Of a stretch of 39,477 bases of DNA, positions 9,637 through 20,046 are shown in pieces. Origin of the DNA: Thermoplasmatales archaeon (GTDB taxonomy: Archaea > Thermoplasmatota > E2 > DHVEG-1); assembly GCA_020341795.1 (NCBI GenBank), contig CP070836.1, positions 1,749,722-1,789,198 on the forward strand, given 5' to 3'. How positions within the stretch are numbered: the stretch's first letter is position 1; each line of letters opens with the position of its first letter. Both the position numbers and the translations under genes were made by a program. The notes beneath the pieces were generated by a model, which was not told the DNA's origin, made no database searches, and was given only the letters and a program-made list of their open reading frames with translations.

Positions 9637-11502
9637 ATGCCACAGAAAGAAAATGTTGTCGGTTATATTTATGGAGATGTAGGCAGTACAGATTTTAATT
9701 TTGCAGTAAATGGACAGAATTTACGTAAGTTTGACTATATTTATGCACCACATAAAGAAGGAAATATTCTTGCACAAATAATGGATATACGAGAAATATC
9801 TGATTTAAAATTTGAAGATGCAACCATGATGATGCATAGCGGTGAGATGCCTACTATTCGCACAAGTCTTTCTGCCTATGCTGATGTAATTGGATATCGT
9901 GATAAAAAAGGACTTCTTCAATCTCCAAAGTCTCCGTTTGGATCTGGGACTGCTATTATGCTAGCTAATGAAGACCTTATTCGTCATGTATTAGGTCTTA
10001 GTGCATCAAAAGAAAACGGTGCATACCTCGGTCTTCTAAAAGGACATAATCTTAAAGTTTTTTTAAATGTTGATTCTCTTGTTCAAAAACATATTTGCAT
10101 TTTAGCTAAAACTGGAGGAGGTAAGTCTTATGCTTGTGGAGTACTTGTTGAAGAAATGATGAAGCATAAGATTCCTATGGTTATAATTGATACTCATGGC
10201 GAGTATCATAGTCTTACTAAACCTAATAAAAATCGCAAAGATCTGAAAAATATGACTCGTTTTGATGTTAAAAACAAATCATACTCATCACAAATAAATG
10301 AATATTCGCCGATCGGTTCACGGGGAAATATTAAACATTTAACTTTGAAAGGAGTGAATTTGAAAGCAAGAGAAATTATTGATCTTTTATCAGCAAAATT
10401 ATCTGGACCACAAGTTGGAGTTCTATATCAAGCAATTAAAGAACTTAAAGAGTATAAAAATGTTTACAATCTTCGTGATATTATTGACTCTGTAAATAGG
10501 AGTAAAAGCAATGCACGTTGGAATGTTATTGCATCTCTTGAATCTCTAGATTCAATAGGTGTTTTTAATGATACAGGAACAAATACTTTAGATATCGTGC
10601 GAAATGGTAAATGTACTCTTATAAATATGAAAGGTGTACCACCTGATGTTCAAGAAGTTGTAGTTGCACGTCTCACCAAAGAGCTTTTTGATGATCGTAA
10701 AGCAGGAAAAATTCCACCATTTCTTATGATTGTTGAAGAAGCACATAATTATTGTCCAGAAAAAGGTGTAGGAAAAGCTGTATCATCAGGTATACTCAGA
10801 ACAGTAGCATCTGAAGGTCGTAAATTTGGAATGGGTCTATGTATTGTAAGTCAACGTCCTGCAAAAGTTGATAAAAACATAATTTCCCAATGTAACACTA
10901 ACATTATCTTAAAGGTCACAAATCCTAATGATCTCAAAGCAATTATTCAGAGCGTTGAGGGATTAACCACTCAGACTTATCGTGAAATACAACGTCTACC
11001 AATTGGTGTTGCACTAATTTCAGGTTCAGGACTTCAAATGCCTGTTATGACAGAAATACGGACTCGGGAAACCAACCATGGTGGTAAATCAGTAAGTATA
11101 TCTGGAAAAGGTGAACAACAGATATCACAGGAACCAAGAGTTCCAAAGGGTCCAGCACCACCTCCAAGGATAAATGCACCTCCAATTAAAACTGAACCAG
11201 ATACAAAAACAGAGCCAATTGTTAAAACAGAAACTGCTACTGATAAAGCAAAAACCGTAAATCGAGTTGCAAAAAGACTTGGATGGGTTGAATCAAATGA
11301 TCCAGATGAAGCAATTAAAATCCTTACTAAAGAAGCAGAGAAAATGAATGAAAACGTTTACAAATATCTTGAGTCATTAGCAAAGCTTGGTACAAAGTTC
11401 TGCTTTGTTGAAAATCCTAACTGCCCAAGTTGTCCAATGAGTCAAGGATGTCTATACAAGGCAACACATCAAACTCAAAAGAAAAGATTTTTTAAAAGAT
11501 AA
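9637..11502 (+). CDS. HerA/DUF87-family ATPase with Pro-rich linker and C-terminal EndoIII-type Fe-S domain
   Basis: HAS-barrel-like N-terminus, Walker A AKTGGGKS, IDTHGEY, VEEAH, EGRKFG and SQRP; C-X6-C-X2-C-X5-C tail; ATG 9637 follows AAGGGGA. Confidence 0.88.
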   Translation: MPQKENVVGYIYGDVGSTDFNFAVNGQNLRKFDYIYAPHKEGNILAQIMDIREISDLKFEDATMMMHSGEMPTIRTSLSAYADVIGYRDKKGLLQSPKSPFGSGTAIMLANEDLIRHVLGLSASKENGAYLGLLKGHNLKVFLNVDSLVQKHICILAKTGGGKSYACGVLVEEMMKHKIPMVIIDTHGEYHSLTKPNKNRKDLKNMTRFDVKNKSYSSQINEYSPIGSRGNIKHLTLKGVNLKAREIIDLLSAKLSGPQVGVLYQAIKELKEYKNVYNLRDIIDSVNRSKSNARWNVIASLESLDSIGVFNDTGTNTLDIVRNGKCTLINMKGVPPDVQEVVVARLTKELFDDRKAGKIPPFLMIVEEAHNYCPEKGVGKAVSSGILRTVASEGRKFGMGLCIVSQRPAKVDKNIISQCNTNIILKVTNPNDLKAIIQSVEGLTTQTYREIQRLPIGVALISGSGLQMPVMTEIRTRETNHGGKSVSISGKGEQQISQEPRVPKGPAPPPRINAPPIKTEPDTKTEPIVKTETATDKAKTVNRVAKRLGWVESNDPDEAIKILTKEAEKMNENVYKYLESLAKLGTKFCFVENPNCPSCPMSQGCLYKATHQTQKKRFFKR

Positions 11503-11515
11503 ATGAAAGAGTGAA

Positions 11516-12604
11516 ATGTATAAAAAAAACCTACCAAAATTCATAGTTTTAATCTTTATAGTTTTAATAATAACAGGATGTTTCTCAGAAAATAATCTTA
11601 TTATTTATGAATCCCATGCAACAAAAATAAGTTATAGAATAACCTATGGATACCAGATTAATTGTAGCGGAGAAGGTGAATTAACAATTCTTTACGATTG
11701 TGATACTCCTGAAGTTTTAAAAGGTACAACTGAGATTGAAAATATATTAGATAAAACCTATTTTTCAAAAACAATTGCAACACATAACGATATAATAAGC
11801 TGGAATATTACAACAACAAATTGTACAAATTACAAACTTGGTTTGACTGCTAATATTGTAGCTGAAAGCTCTGTAATCTCCGATTTAAATGGTGAAAACG
11901 CACTTAATATTCAACAGATAAAAGAAATACGTCCCGATTTAATAAACAAGTATTGTAACCTTCAAGCAAATGAGACAATAACGTTTATTAATCCAACTGA
12001 TTTAGATATAATTAACCTAGCTTATGAACAATATGAAAAAGCAAACTCAGATAATGCATTAATTGTTGCAAAAGAATTATTTAAATGGTTAAAGGAAAAA
12101 ACAATATATACAACACATATTGATAAAAATAATGTTCAAACATCATCATATACACTAGAAAAATGCACTGGTGACTGTGATGATTTATCATTTTTATATA
12201 TCTCATTATGTAGAGCTGTAAAAATACCAGCAAGATTTATAAGAGGTTTTTTAGTTGAAGATAATAACGCTATTCCACATGCATGGACTGAAGTATACGT
12301 AGGTGGAGGAATTGGCAACAACGGCTGGATCTCGGTTGAATGCGCAGGTACTGCTAAAGGAGATAATAAATTACAATATGAATTACATCAAAATTTTGGT
12401 ATAGAAAGTGCAAATTATCTCAGATTATTTATTGACGATGGATCAAATGAATCTCTCATTGAATCATTCAAAGGTATATCATATCTAGCAGATTCAACAC
12501 TTGATATTGACTCTCCAAGCTCATTAATAAAAGTTCAAAACTACATGGAACTTGAGTCACATGAACTACATGTAGATAAAAACAATATTAGAAAATATAG
12601 ATAG
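11516..12604 (+). CDS. Transglutaminase-like (cysteine protease fold) lipoprotein
   Basis: Lipobox-like LIITGC; GDCDD..LCRA..IPAR, HAWTEVY and GW motifs. Confidence 0.85.
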   Translation: MYKKNLPKFIVLIFIVLIITGCFSENNLIIYESHATKISYRITYGYQINCSGEGELTILYDCDTPEVLKGTTEIENILDKTYFSKTIATHNDIISWNITTTNCTNYKLGLTANIVAESSVISDLNGENALNIQQIKEIRPDLINKYCNLQANETITFINPTDLDIINLAYEQYEKANSDNALIVAKELFKWLKEKTIYTTHIDKNNVQTSSYTLEKCTGDCDDLSFLYISLCRAVKIPARFIRGFLVEDNNAIPHAWTEVYVGGGIGNNGWISVECAGTAKGDNKLQYELHQNFGIESANYLRLFIDDGSNESLIESFKGISYLADSTLDIDSPSSLIKVQNYMELESHELHVDKNNIRKYR

Positions 12605-12762
12605 ATAACCATTAGAGTTTTATAATATAAAAATATTAAAAAAAATAGTAGGGATGCACAAAGCAACAAATGATCTAGAATCAAATAGACAACCTATATT
12701 ATGCTAAAAATTCGACTAATTAATTATAAATTTGTTGTGGTTTAATAGATTAATTGAACATA

Positions 12763-12777
12763 ATAATTTAAATATAA
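12763..12777 (+). promoter_or_regulatory. Putative TATA-box promoter of the rps12 operon
   Basis: ATAATTTAAATATAA about 45-55 nt upstream of the rps12 start; AGGTGA SD follows. Confidence 0.5.
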
Positions 12778-12820
12778 GAAGTGCATACAGCCGTTACTCT
12801 ATACCAACAGGTGAAAGAAA

Positions 12821-13252
12821 TTGGGTAAAGGAATTAATGCTGCAAGAAAACTAAAAAAAGCAAGAAGAAAACAAAACTGGAATGATCGTTATTACAAAAA
12901 ACGAGTTTTACATTTAAAAGAAAAAGCAGATCCACTTGAGGGTACAGCACAAGCAAGAGGAATCGTAATAGAAAAAGTAGGTATAGAGGCAAAGCAACCA
13001 AATTCTGCAATACGTAAATGTGTTAAAGTACAACTAATTAAAAACGGTCGTCAGATAACAGCTTTTGCACCAGGAAATAACGCAATTAGCTTTATTGATG
13101 AACACGATGAAGTAATGGTTGAAGGTATAGGCGGACGTATGGGACGATCATACGGAGATATTCCAGGTGTACGATTTAAAGTAATAAAAGTAAACGATGT
13201 AAGCCTTAATGAAATGATTAAGGGCAAAGTCGAAAAAGCAATGAGACGATAA
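12821..13252 (+). CDS. rps12: 30S ribosomal protein S12 (uS12)
   Basis: [12 protein letters not shown] and [10 protein letters not shown] motifs; TTG start after AGGTGA. Confidence 0.98.
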   Translation: MGKGINAARKLKKARRKQNWNDRYYKKRVLHLKEKADPLEGTAQARGIVIEKVGIEAKQPNSAIRKCVKVQLIKNGRQITAFAPGNNAISFIDEHDEVMVEGIGGRMGRSYGDIPGVRFKVIKVNDVSLNEMIKGKVEKAMRR

Positions 13253-13254
13253 AG

Positions 13255-13848
13255 ATGACAGCAAAAAAAACAAACACAGAAACAATAAATTTTTTCCCTG
13301 TTCTTTCAAAATACAACATGGAAGATGTTAAAATTGAAGATCAAGGTCTTGCAAGATACATCAACTTAGAAACAGAAAATATATACTTAGGTGGTGTATA
13401 TTCAAATAAACTTTTTGCAAAATCAAAAATACCGATAGTAGAGCGATTAATCAACAATTTGATGAGAACTGAAAATTATAATGGTAAAAAAAGCAAAGCA
13501 TACAAGGTTGTTAGAAATACTTTTGAATTTATTGATAAAAAAGCAAAAATAAATCCTGTTCAAGTTTTTGTTCAAGCATTACAAAACGCAGCTCCTAAAG
13601 AAGAAACCACTCGACTTCGTTTTGGAGGGATAAGTGTTCCAAAAGCAGTTGATGTAGCACCACAGAGACGTCTTGATATTGCTCTTAGAAACATATGCAA
13701 AGGAAGTGTTTCTGCAAGTCATAAAAATAAAAAAAGTATTGAAAAATGTCTTGCAGATGAGATTATAAAAGCAAGCAAAAATGATGTTGCATCTTTTGCA
13801 GTTGCTAAGAAAAACGATATTGAGCGTGTAGCTAAATCAGCTCGATAA
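13255..13848 (+). CDS. rps7: 30S ribosomal protein S7 (uS7)
   Basis: IVERLIN, NPVQV, AVDVAPQRR and ERVAKSAR motifs. Confidence 0.98.
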   Translation: MTAKKTNTETINFFPVLSKYNMEDVKIEDQGLARYINLETENIYLGGVYSNKLFAKSKIPIVERLINNLMRTENYNGKKSKAYKVVRNTFEFIDKKAKINPVQVFVQALQNAAPKEETTRLRFGGISVPKAVDVAPQRRLDIALRNICKGSVSASHKNKKSIEKCLADEIIKASKNDVASFAVAKKNDIERVAKSAR

Positions 13849-13904
13849 AAAAAGATGAAGAATGTAAAAATTTATTTTAATATTAATTAGAGGTGTTAAT
13901 TAGT

Positions 13905-16103
13905 ATGGGAAAAAAAGAAGACAACATCAAAAAAGCAAAAAACTTGATGAACAAACTAGATCAAATAAGAAACATAGGTATAGCAGCACATATTGATCAT
14001 GGAAAAACCACTCTTTCTGATAATCTACTTGCAGGTTGCGGAATGATGAGTGAAGATCTAGCTGGTAAACAACTTGTTCTTGATTATGATGAACAAGAAC
14101 AAAATCGTGGAATAACAATAAATACAGCATCAGCAAGTATGGTTCATGAATTCGAAGAAAAAGAATATCTTGTAAATCTTCTTGACACACCAGGCCACGT
14201 TGATTTCGGTGGTGATGTCACCCGTGCTATGAGAGCAGTTGATGGATGCGTCGTAGTAGTATGTGCAGTAGAAGGGGCAATGCCACAGACAGAAACTGTT
14301 GTCAGACAAGCACTACGAGAAAAAGTAAAACCAGTACTTTTTATAAACAAGGTTGACAGGCTCATTAATGAATTAAGAGTTACACCTGAAGAAATGCAAC
14401 AACGATTTGTTAAAATAATTGCAAAATTCAACGAACTTGTAAACAAAGTAGTACCAGATGAGTTCAAAGGAAAATGGAATGTTAAAGTGGAAGATGGTAG
14501 TGTTGCCTTTGGATCTGCATATTATAACTGGGCAATTTCTGCCCCATATATGCAAAAAAGCGGTCTCAGCTTTAAAGATATATATGACTATTGTCAAAAA
14601 GATGATCAAAAAACACTTGCTAAAAAATCATCTATACATGAAGTCTTGCTTGATATAGTAATAGATCATTTACCATCACCAAAAATTGCACAAAAATATA
14701 GAATTCCACATATTTGGCGTGGAGATGAAAATAACACACTTGGAAAAAGTATGATTGAAACAAATGAAAATGGTCCTCTTGCACTTATGATAACAAAAAT
14801 AATTATGGACCCACACGCTGGAGAAGTCGCAGTTGGTCGAATGTTTAGTGGCAAAATTGAAAGAGGACAAGAATTATATATAATAGGAATGCCTCGATCT
14901 AACCGTATACAGCAAGTAAATCTGATGGTAGGTGCCGATCGAATTCCAGTAGAATATGTAAGCGCCGGAAACATTGTCGCAGTAACAGGATTGCGAGACG
15001 CAATAGCTGGGAGTACAGTTACAGATGATCCTGAAGCAGAACCATTCGAAAGAATTGTACATGTTAGCGAACCAGTTGTAACAGTTGCAGTAGAAGCAAA
15101 AAACATGAAAGATCTTCCAAAACTAATTGAAGTACTAAGAACAGTTAGCAAAGCAGATCCAAGTATCACCATTGATATTAACCAGGAAACTGGTGAAAAC
15201 TTAATGAGTGGAATGGGAGAATTACACCTTGAAATCACGGAATACCGAATTATAAACGAATATGGAGTAGATATAGTAACAAGCGAACCAATTGTTGTTT
15301 ACCGTGAATCAGTTGGTAAAAAAAGTCAACAAAAGTTTGAAGGTAAATCACCAAATAAACATAATAGATTTTACATAGAAGTTGAACCTCTTCCTGAAAA
15401 CTTTACAAAAGCACTTTATAACAATGAAATACCACAAAATATAAAAAAATACAAAAACGAAGCAGTTAAAAAACTCCAAGAACTAGGCATGGAAAAAGAT
15501 ATGGCCAAAGGAGTTTTTGGAGTATATGGACAAAATATTTTAGCAGATACTACAAAGGGAATTCAATACTTATTTGAAACAAGAGAATTAATAAAAGAGG
15601 CCTTCGATGAAGTAATGAAAAGTGGACCCACAGCAGATGAACCATGTCAAGGATTGCTAGTAAAATTAGTGGATGCAAAATTACATGAAGATGCAATTCA
15701 TCGAGGACCCGCACAAGTAATACCAGCTGTAAGAATTGCAATTTATGGATCCATGACAATATCTGATCCGATTATTCTTGAACCAATGCAAAAAGTATTT
15801 ATCAGCACACCACAAGAATTAATGGGAGATGCCTCAAGAGAACTCAACCAAAGAAGAGCAGTAGTAAGAGACATGCAAACAGAAAAAGACATGGTAAATA
15901 TTGATGCTAAAGCACCTGTTGCAGAAATGTTTGGATTCGCAAGTGCAATTAGAAGTGCCACAGGTGGACGAGTACTATGGAATACAGAAAACATAGGATT
16001 CGAACCTCTTCCAAAACAATTACAACCCGATATAATAAAACAAATAAGGGAACGTAAAGGACTCAAACCAGACCCAAATCCAGCAAGCTATTATATGGAT
16101 TAA
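13905..16103 (+). CDS. fusA: Translation elongation factor EF-2
   Basis: AHIDHGKTT, DTPGH, NKVD; intact diphthamide loop LHEDAIHRGPAQ; ATG 13905 follows GAGGTG. Confidence 0.98.
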   Translation: MGKKEDNIKKAKNLMNKLDQIRNIGIAAHIDHGKTTLSDNLLAGCGMMSEDLAGKQLVLDYDEQEQNRGITINTASASMVHEFEEKEYLVNLLDTPGHVDFGGDVTRAMRAVDGCVVVVCAVEGAMPQTETVVRQALREKVKPVLFINKVDRLINELRVTPEEMQQRFVKIIAKFNELVNKVVPDEFKGKWNVKVEDGSVAFGSAYYNWAISAPYMQKSGLSFKDIYDYCQKDDQKTLAKKSSIHEVLLDIVIDHLPSPKIAQKYRIPHIWRGDENNTLGKSMIETNENGPLALMITKIIMDPHAGEVAVGRMFSGKIERGQELYIIGMPRSNRIQQVNLMVGADRIPVEYVSAGNIVAVTGLRDAIAGSTVTDDPEAEPFERIVHVSEPVVTVAVEAKNMKDLPKLIEVLRTVSKADPSITIDINQETGENLMSGMGELHLEITEYRIINEYGVDIVTSEPIVVYRESVGKKSQQKFEGKSPNKHNRFYIEVEPLPENFTKALYNNEIPQNIKKYKNEAVKKLQELGMEKDMAKGVFGVYGQNILADTTKGIQYLFETRELIKEAFDEVMKSGPTADEPCQGLLVKLVDAKLHEDAIHRGPAQVIPAVRIAIYGSMTISDPIILEPMQKVFISTPQELMGDASRELNQRRAVVRDMQTEKDMVNIDAKAPVAEMFGFASAIRSATGGRVLWNTENIGFEPLPKQLQPDIIKQIRERKGLKPDPNPASYYMD

Positions 16104-16160
16104 AAAAATTAAAAAATATTATATTCAATATCACTTTATCATATAAATGAGGATGCACCA

Positions 16161-16511
16161 ATGGATCAAGGTATAATTCCAATAGATAAGAATTTTGAAT
16201 TACAATATGTGTATTATGAAAAAAATCCAAAATATAAATATTTTAACAGAAAATTTGAAATTTTTATAGTTGAAAAAAAATCTTTTAAGAAAAAATATGT
16301 TATGCATATGGACAATGCAGATATAAGACAGATGATGCCTCGTATTTTCAAAGCATCAAGTGGTAGCAAACGTCATGATTTTGGCGTAACAACATTAAAC
16401 TGGAACGATATTAAAACCAAGTTTACAGATTATATAGTATCAGAACTTGGAGAAAAACAAAGAAATAATATTAAAAAAGCAGTAGGAAAGCTTAATTCAC
16501 CAAAAATATAA
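16161..16511 (+). CDS. Hypothetical basic protein
   Basis: 116-aa ORF with GAGG SD and normal composition; no recognised motif. Confidence 0.7.
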   Translation: MDQGIIPIDKNFELQYVYYEKNPKYKYFNRKFEIFIVEKKSFKKKYVMHMDNADIRQMMPRIFKASSGSKRHDFGVTTLNWNDIKTKFTDYIVSELGEKQRNNIKKAVGKLNSPKI

Positions 16512-16581
16512 AAATACATTTATAAATAATTACACCGCAACTCTTATAAATAAAAGACATTAACAACTGTTACGAAAGTTT

Positions 16582-17862
16582 ATGCAAGCAGTTAAGATAT
16601 TAGCAATTATAGTAATCATATCATTGTGTTCATCACAGGTTTTATCAATATCTCCAAAGATAGAATCAAATTTTTCAAACAAAGAGTTACCCGATAGTCA
16701 CGTTATAGAAAATGTACCATATTTCTCTCAAACAGAAGGATATTTCTGCTACTATGCATCAATTGCAATGATTTTTAGTCACATGGGACTTAACACTGAT
16801 CTTGAAGAAATAATATTTCTTGATGGTATTGGATATACACATTCTTATATTAGATCTGAAAAAATTATTAAATCAACACATTATGCTAGCTTAGATTTTG
16901 TTTTTAATTTATTTGGCGTTGAGGAAACCTGGTGGTATCCAAATAGAACATTATCAGATGAACAACGATGGAATTTATTTTTTTCAAATCTAAAAGAAAA
17001 TATATCAAATAACAAACCAGCAATTACAAGAGTTGATCCTTTTTCAATGGGCTCACTTCGAGATCAATTCATAATATCAGATAGTTTATGGAATGCACTA
17101 TTTCCACCTAGTCATCACCTTATTGTAATTGTTGGTTATGATGAAATTAATCAAAGTATCTGTTATCATGATCCAAATGCTGGATACTATGGTGATGGTT
17201 CCTTTGGTAATTATGCATGGATAGATATTACAGATTTTCAAAAAGCAGTTAAACTGGGAACATGGTCAGATTATCTTTTAACAACGTTCATTCAAACCTC
17301 AGATAGTTTTTCAAAAGAAGAAAGATTTGAGCAAGCATTTAAATTAAATATAGAAAAAATTAAAGGCAATTATCAATCTAATCAGAGTTTATTTGGTATA
17401 AATGCATCAAAAGAATTAAAGAAAGCATTTTCAGATGAACAACGTGTTAAAACAATTAAAATTTATAAAAAACTGGAAGATGCAGGATTTAGCTATATAT
17501 TATATGAAACATTGCAGAAACTTACAAAAATTTTATTTTCAAATAAAGCAAATATTTTTGATATCTTTATGGTGGGAAAAAGAATTCCCTTTGAAACAAC
17601 TAGTAATATAATCAAACAGATAGCAGAGTTTTTAGAAAACAACAATTTTCATCAAGATTTATGTACAAATCAATCCTCTTTTTTAAAACAAGAATCAGTA
17701 CTTTGGGCTAAATTTTCAAATTATTTCAAGGTTTTTAAGAGAAAAGGTAAACTAATATCAGATTTTCAAGCTAATATCATAATTAATAAAATGGAAAATG
17801 TGTTAGATGAAATTATTATTATTCAACAGCAAATTATAGATGATGGACAAGATTATTTTTAA
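16582..17862 (+). CDS. Secreted C39-like (BtrH-N / papain-fold) peptidase
   Basis: Signal peptide; VPYFSQ..FC..AS..M, HLIVIVGYD and YHDP give a Q/C/H/D catalytic set. Confidence 0.78.
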   Translation: MQAVKILAIIVIISLCSSQVLSISPKIESNFSNKELPDSHVIENVPYFSQTEGYFCYYASIAMIFSHMGLNTDLEEIIFLDGIGYTHSYIRSEKIIKSTHYASLDFVFNLFGVEETWWYPNRTLSDEQRWNLFFSNLKENISNNKPAITRVDPFSMGSLRDQFIISDSLWNALFPPSHHLIVIVGYDEINQSICYHDPNAGYYGDGSFGNYAWIDITDFQKAVKLGTWSDYLLTTFIQTSDSFSKEERFEQAFKLNIEKIKGNYQSNQSLFGINASKELKKAFSDEQRVKTIKIYKKLEDAGFSYILYETLQKLTKILFSNKANIFDIFMVGKRIPFETTSNIIKQIAEFLENNNFHQDLCTNQSSFLKQESVLWAKFSNYFKVFKRKGKLISDFQANIIINKMENVLDEIIIIQQQIIDDGQDYF

Positions 17863-19973
17863 TATTCAGTAATTTTGTATTTACCATGGACTGGTTCATA
17901 AATCTGACCTTGACGCTTAAGTCGGTCAAGTGCTTCTTCAACCTTGCTTGATTCAAGACCCTCGATTTCTGCTTCCTGTAAGATATCTCCACGAGTAGCA
18001 TTACCATCTTTTGATTCATTACCAAGTCGTTGAATAATATCCATAAGTGTTCGCATTCGGTCATGTTGGCTATGAGAGATACCAGTTGCAATAATATCAA
18101 TATCAAACCGTCCTGTTTCACGGTCCATCCCAACTCGTCGAAGATATTGGTCTATAATATAGATTGCACGTTTTGCATCATTAACGGTAACCTCTTGGCT
18201 AAGTCGAATCTTAGCACTAGCTTCAGAAAGTCTCACAAAAGCTTCTAGTTGACGTGGTGTAAAAGTAACTGACTCTTCTGATGAACTACGGAAATCAACA
18301 TAATAATTTTTAAGTATCTCAAGTGCTTCATCAGTCATAACTGGGAAAATTTTTCTTTTTGAATAAGCAATATATTTGCGCAGAAATTCTGGATTATATA
18401 TTGGTTCAACAATTTTCATAAACTCTTCTTGCTCTTTTTTCTTATGTTTTGATTTTTTAACACGCATAATTTGCTCGGTTAATTCTCCACCTTTATGTGT
18501 CCTTAGAATATGACTTGCTAGATCAGTGTCTCTTTCACGATTTGGTTTATCAAGAATTGAAAAAATAAGATCAAAACGAGAAAGAAGGGCAGGAGGCATA
18601 TTAATCTGTTCATGAATTGGTAGAAATTCATCAAAACGTCCAAGTTTCGGATTTGCAGCAGCAAGAATTGAGCATCGGGATTTAAGCGTTGCATTAATCC
18701 CTGCTTTAGCAACAGATATTTCTTGTTGCTCCATAGCTTGATGCATACTACTTCTATCACTTTCTTCCATCTTATCGATCTCGTCAATACATGCAATACC
18801 CATATCAGCAAGAACAAGTGCTCCTGCTTCTAGTGTCCATTGACCTTCACCAAATTCATCACGTACTGCAGCAGCTGTTAGTCCTGCTGCTGATGATGCT
18901 TTTCCAGAAGCATAAATACTTCGAGGGGCTAGTTTTGAAAGATAAACCAAGAGCTGTGATTTAGCAGTACCAGGATCTCCTACAAATAAAGTATGTATAT
19001 CACCACGCATACGAGTTCCATCTGGCATATTTTTTGCAAGACCTCCAAATAGTTGTAGAACAAGTGCTTCTTTTTCAATATCCATACCATAAATGGTTGG
19101 GGCAATACTTTTTTTCATTTTATTATATAAATCAGGATCTTTGCTTGTTTTTAGGATTTGTTTTTCATCTTCTGGTGTTATATCAACTTCTTCAAATGCT
19201 AGCTCTTGTGATTCAATACAATTTGCATCCATTGTCTTATCAAAACTTGTAAGTCTAAATGTACCACGACGTCTCTGCATACTATGCAGAATACCATTTA
19301 CAATTACTCTGTCACCAGGTGCTATTTCACCAACAAGGTCATCTTCAAGAAAAACACTTATACGTTCTGGTTGTGCACCACCACGTAATCCTTCAGGATT
19401 TTCCTGAATTTCAATTTTTTGTGAATCAATGAACTGTGAAAGAGTTGGTAGAAGCTTAAATGATGATAAACGTCCACATCCACCCTGATCTTCATAGCAT
19501 TCAGAGGGTTCTTTTAGAATATCTTCTTCTTGTTCAATTCGTATTATCGCTCCACATTTTGAACATTGGAAGGCACCAACTGTGAGTTTAGGTCTAACTT
19601 CTGTACGTTTCTTAACAAGTCCATCAATTGCCATAAATTTTCCAAGATGATTAGCACGAATATTACGTATTATAATTCGATTAGTATCAGGCAAGTTTTT
19701 AATACGAAAATGTAGAATAAGTTTAGATTCAGATGCAACATCTATATTTTTTAAAGCTTCTTCAGCATTATAAACAGCTTTATAAGGTTGATTTAGAAGA
19801 AGTTCTGCAAGTTTTGGATCAATCTCATCAATATCCCAATAATCAACATATAAACTTCGTTTATTAGGATATTCAAGTGCTACTGTTTCTATTTCGGATT
19901 TGTAATGTTCCTCTAAAAACTTCTGCCATTGAGCTACTAAACTCTCATCCTTCAATAACCGTACCAAAGTCAT
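17859..19973 (-). CDS. mcm: Replicative helicase MCM (no intein)
   Basis: Zn finger CSKC..C..GGC, GDPGTAKSQ, IDEIDKM, SRFD and winged-helix tail; start near ATG 19973 (TTG 19967 also possible). Confidence 0.98.
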   Translation of the reverse strand: MTLVRLLKDESLVAQWQKFLEEHYKSEIETVALEYPNKRSLYVDYWDIDEIDPKLAELLLNQPYKAVYNAEEALKNIDVASESKLILHFRIKNLPDTNRIIIRNIRANHLGKFMAIDGLVKKRTEVRPKLTVGAFQCSKCGAIIRIEQEEDILKEPSECYEDQGGCGRLSSFKLLPTLSQFIDSQKIEIQENPEGLRGGAQPERISVFLEDDLVGEIAPGDRVIVNGILHSMQRRRGTFRLTSFDKTMDANCIESQELAFEEVDITPEDEKQILKTSKDPDLYNKMKKSIAPTIYGMDIEKEALVLQLFGGLAKNMPDGTRMRGDIHTLFVGDPGTAKSQLLVYLSKLAPRSIYASGKASSAAGLTAAAVRDEFGEGQWTLEAGALVLADMGIACIDEIDKMEESDRSSMHQAMEQQEISVAKAGINATLKSRCSILAAANPKLGRFDEFLPIHEQINMPPALLSRFDLIFSILDKPNRERDTDLASHILRTHKGGELTEQIMRVKKSKHKKKEQEEFMKIVEPIYNPEFLRKYIAYSKRKIFPVMTDEALEILKNYYVDFRSSSEESVTFTPRQLEAFVRLSEASAKIRLSQEVTVNDAKRAIYIIDQYLRRVGMDRETGRFDIDIIATGISHSQHDRMRTLMDIIQRLGNESKDGNATRGDILQEAEIEGLESSKVEEALDRLKRQGQIYEPVHGKYKITEY

Positions 19974-20046
19974 TCCCCCCTCAAAAATCCGAAGGTAAAA
20001 AAATGATAACAAAATATTATTTATAAATATTTTTAGTAGGTCACTG

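Noticed and set aside
13927-16066. Multiple antisense or alternate-frame ORFs inside EF-2 (likewise within mcm, polC, psd, NTPase and others)
   Set aside because: Shadows of strongly conserved genes, with no motifs or initiation signals
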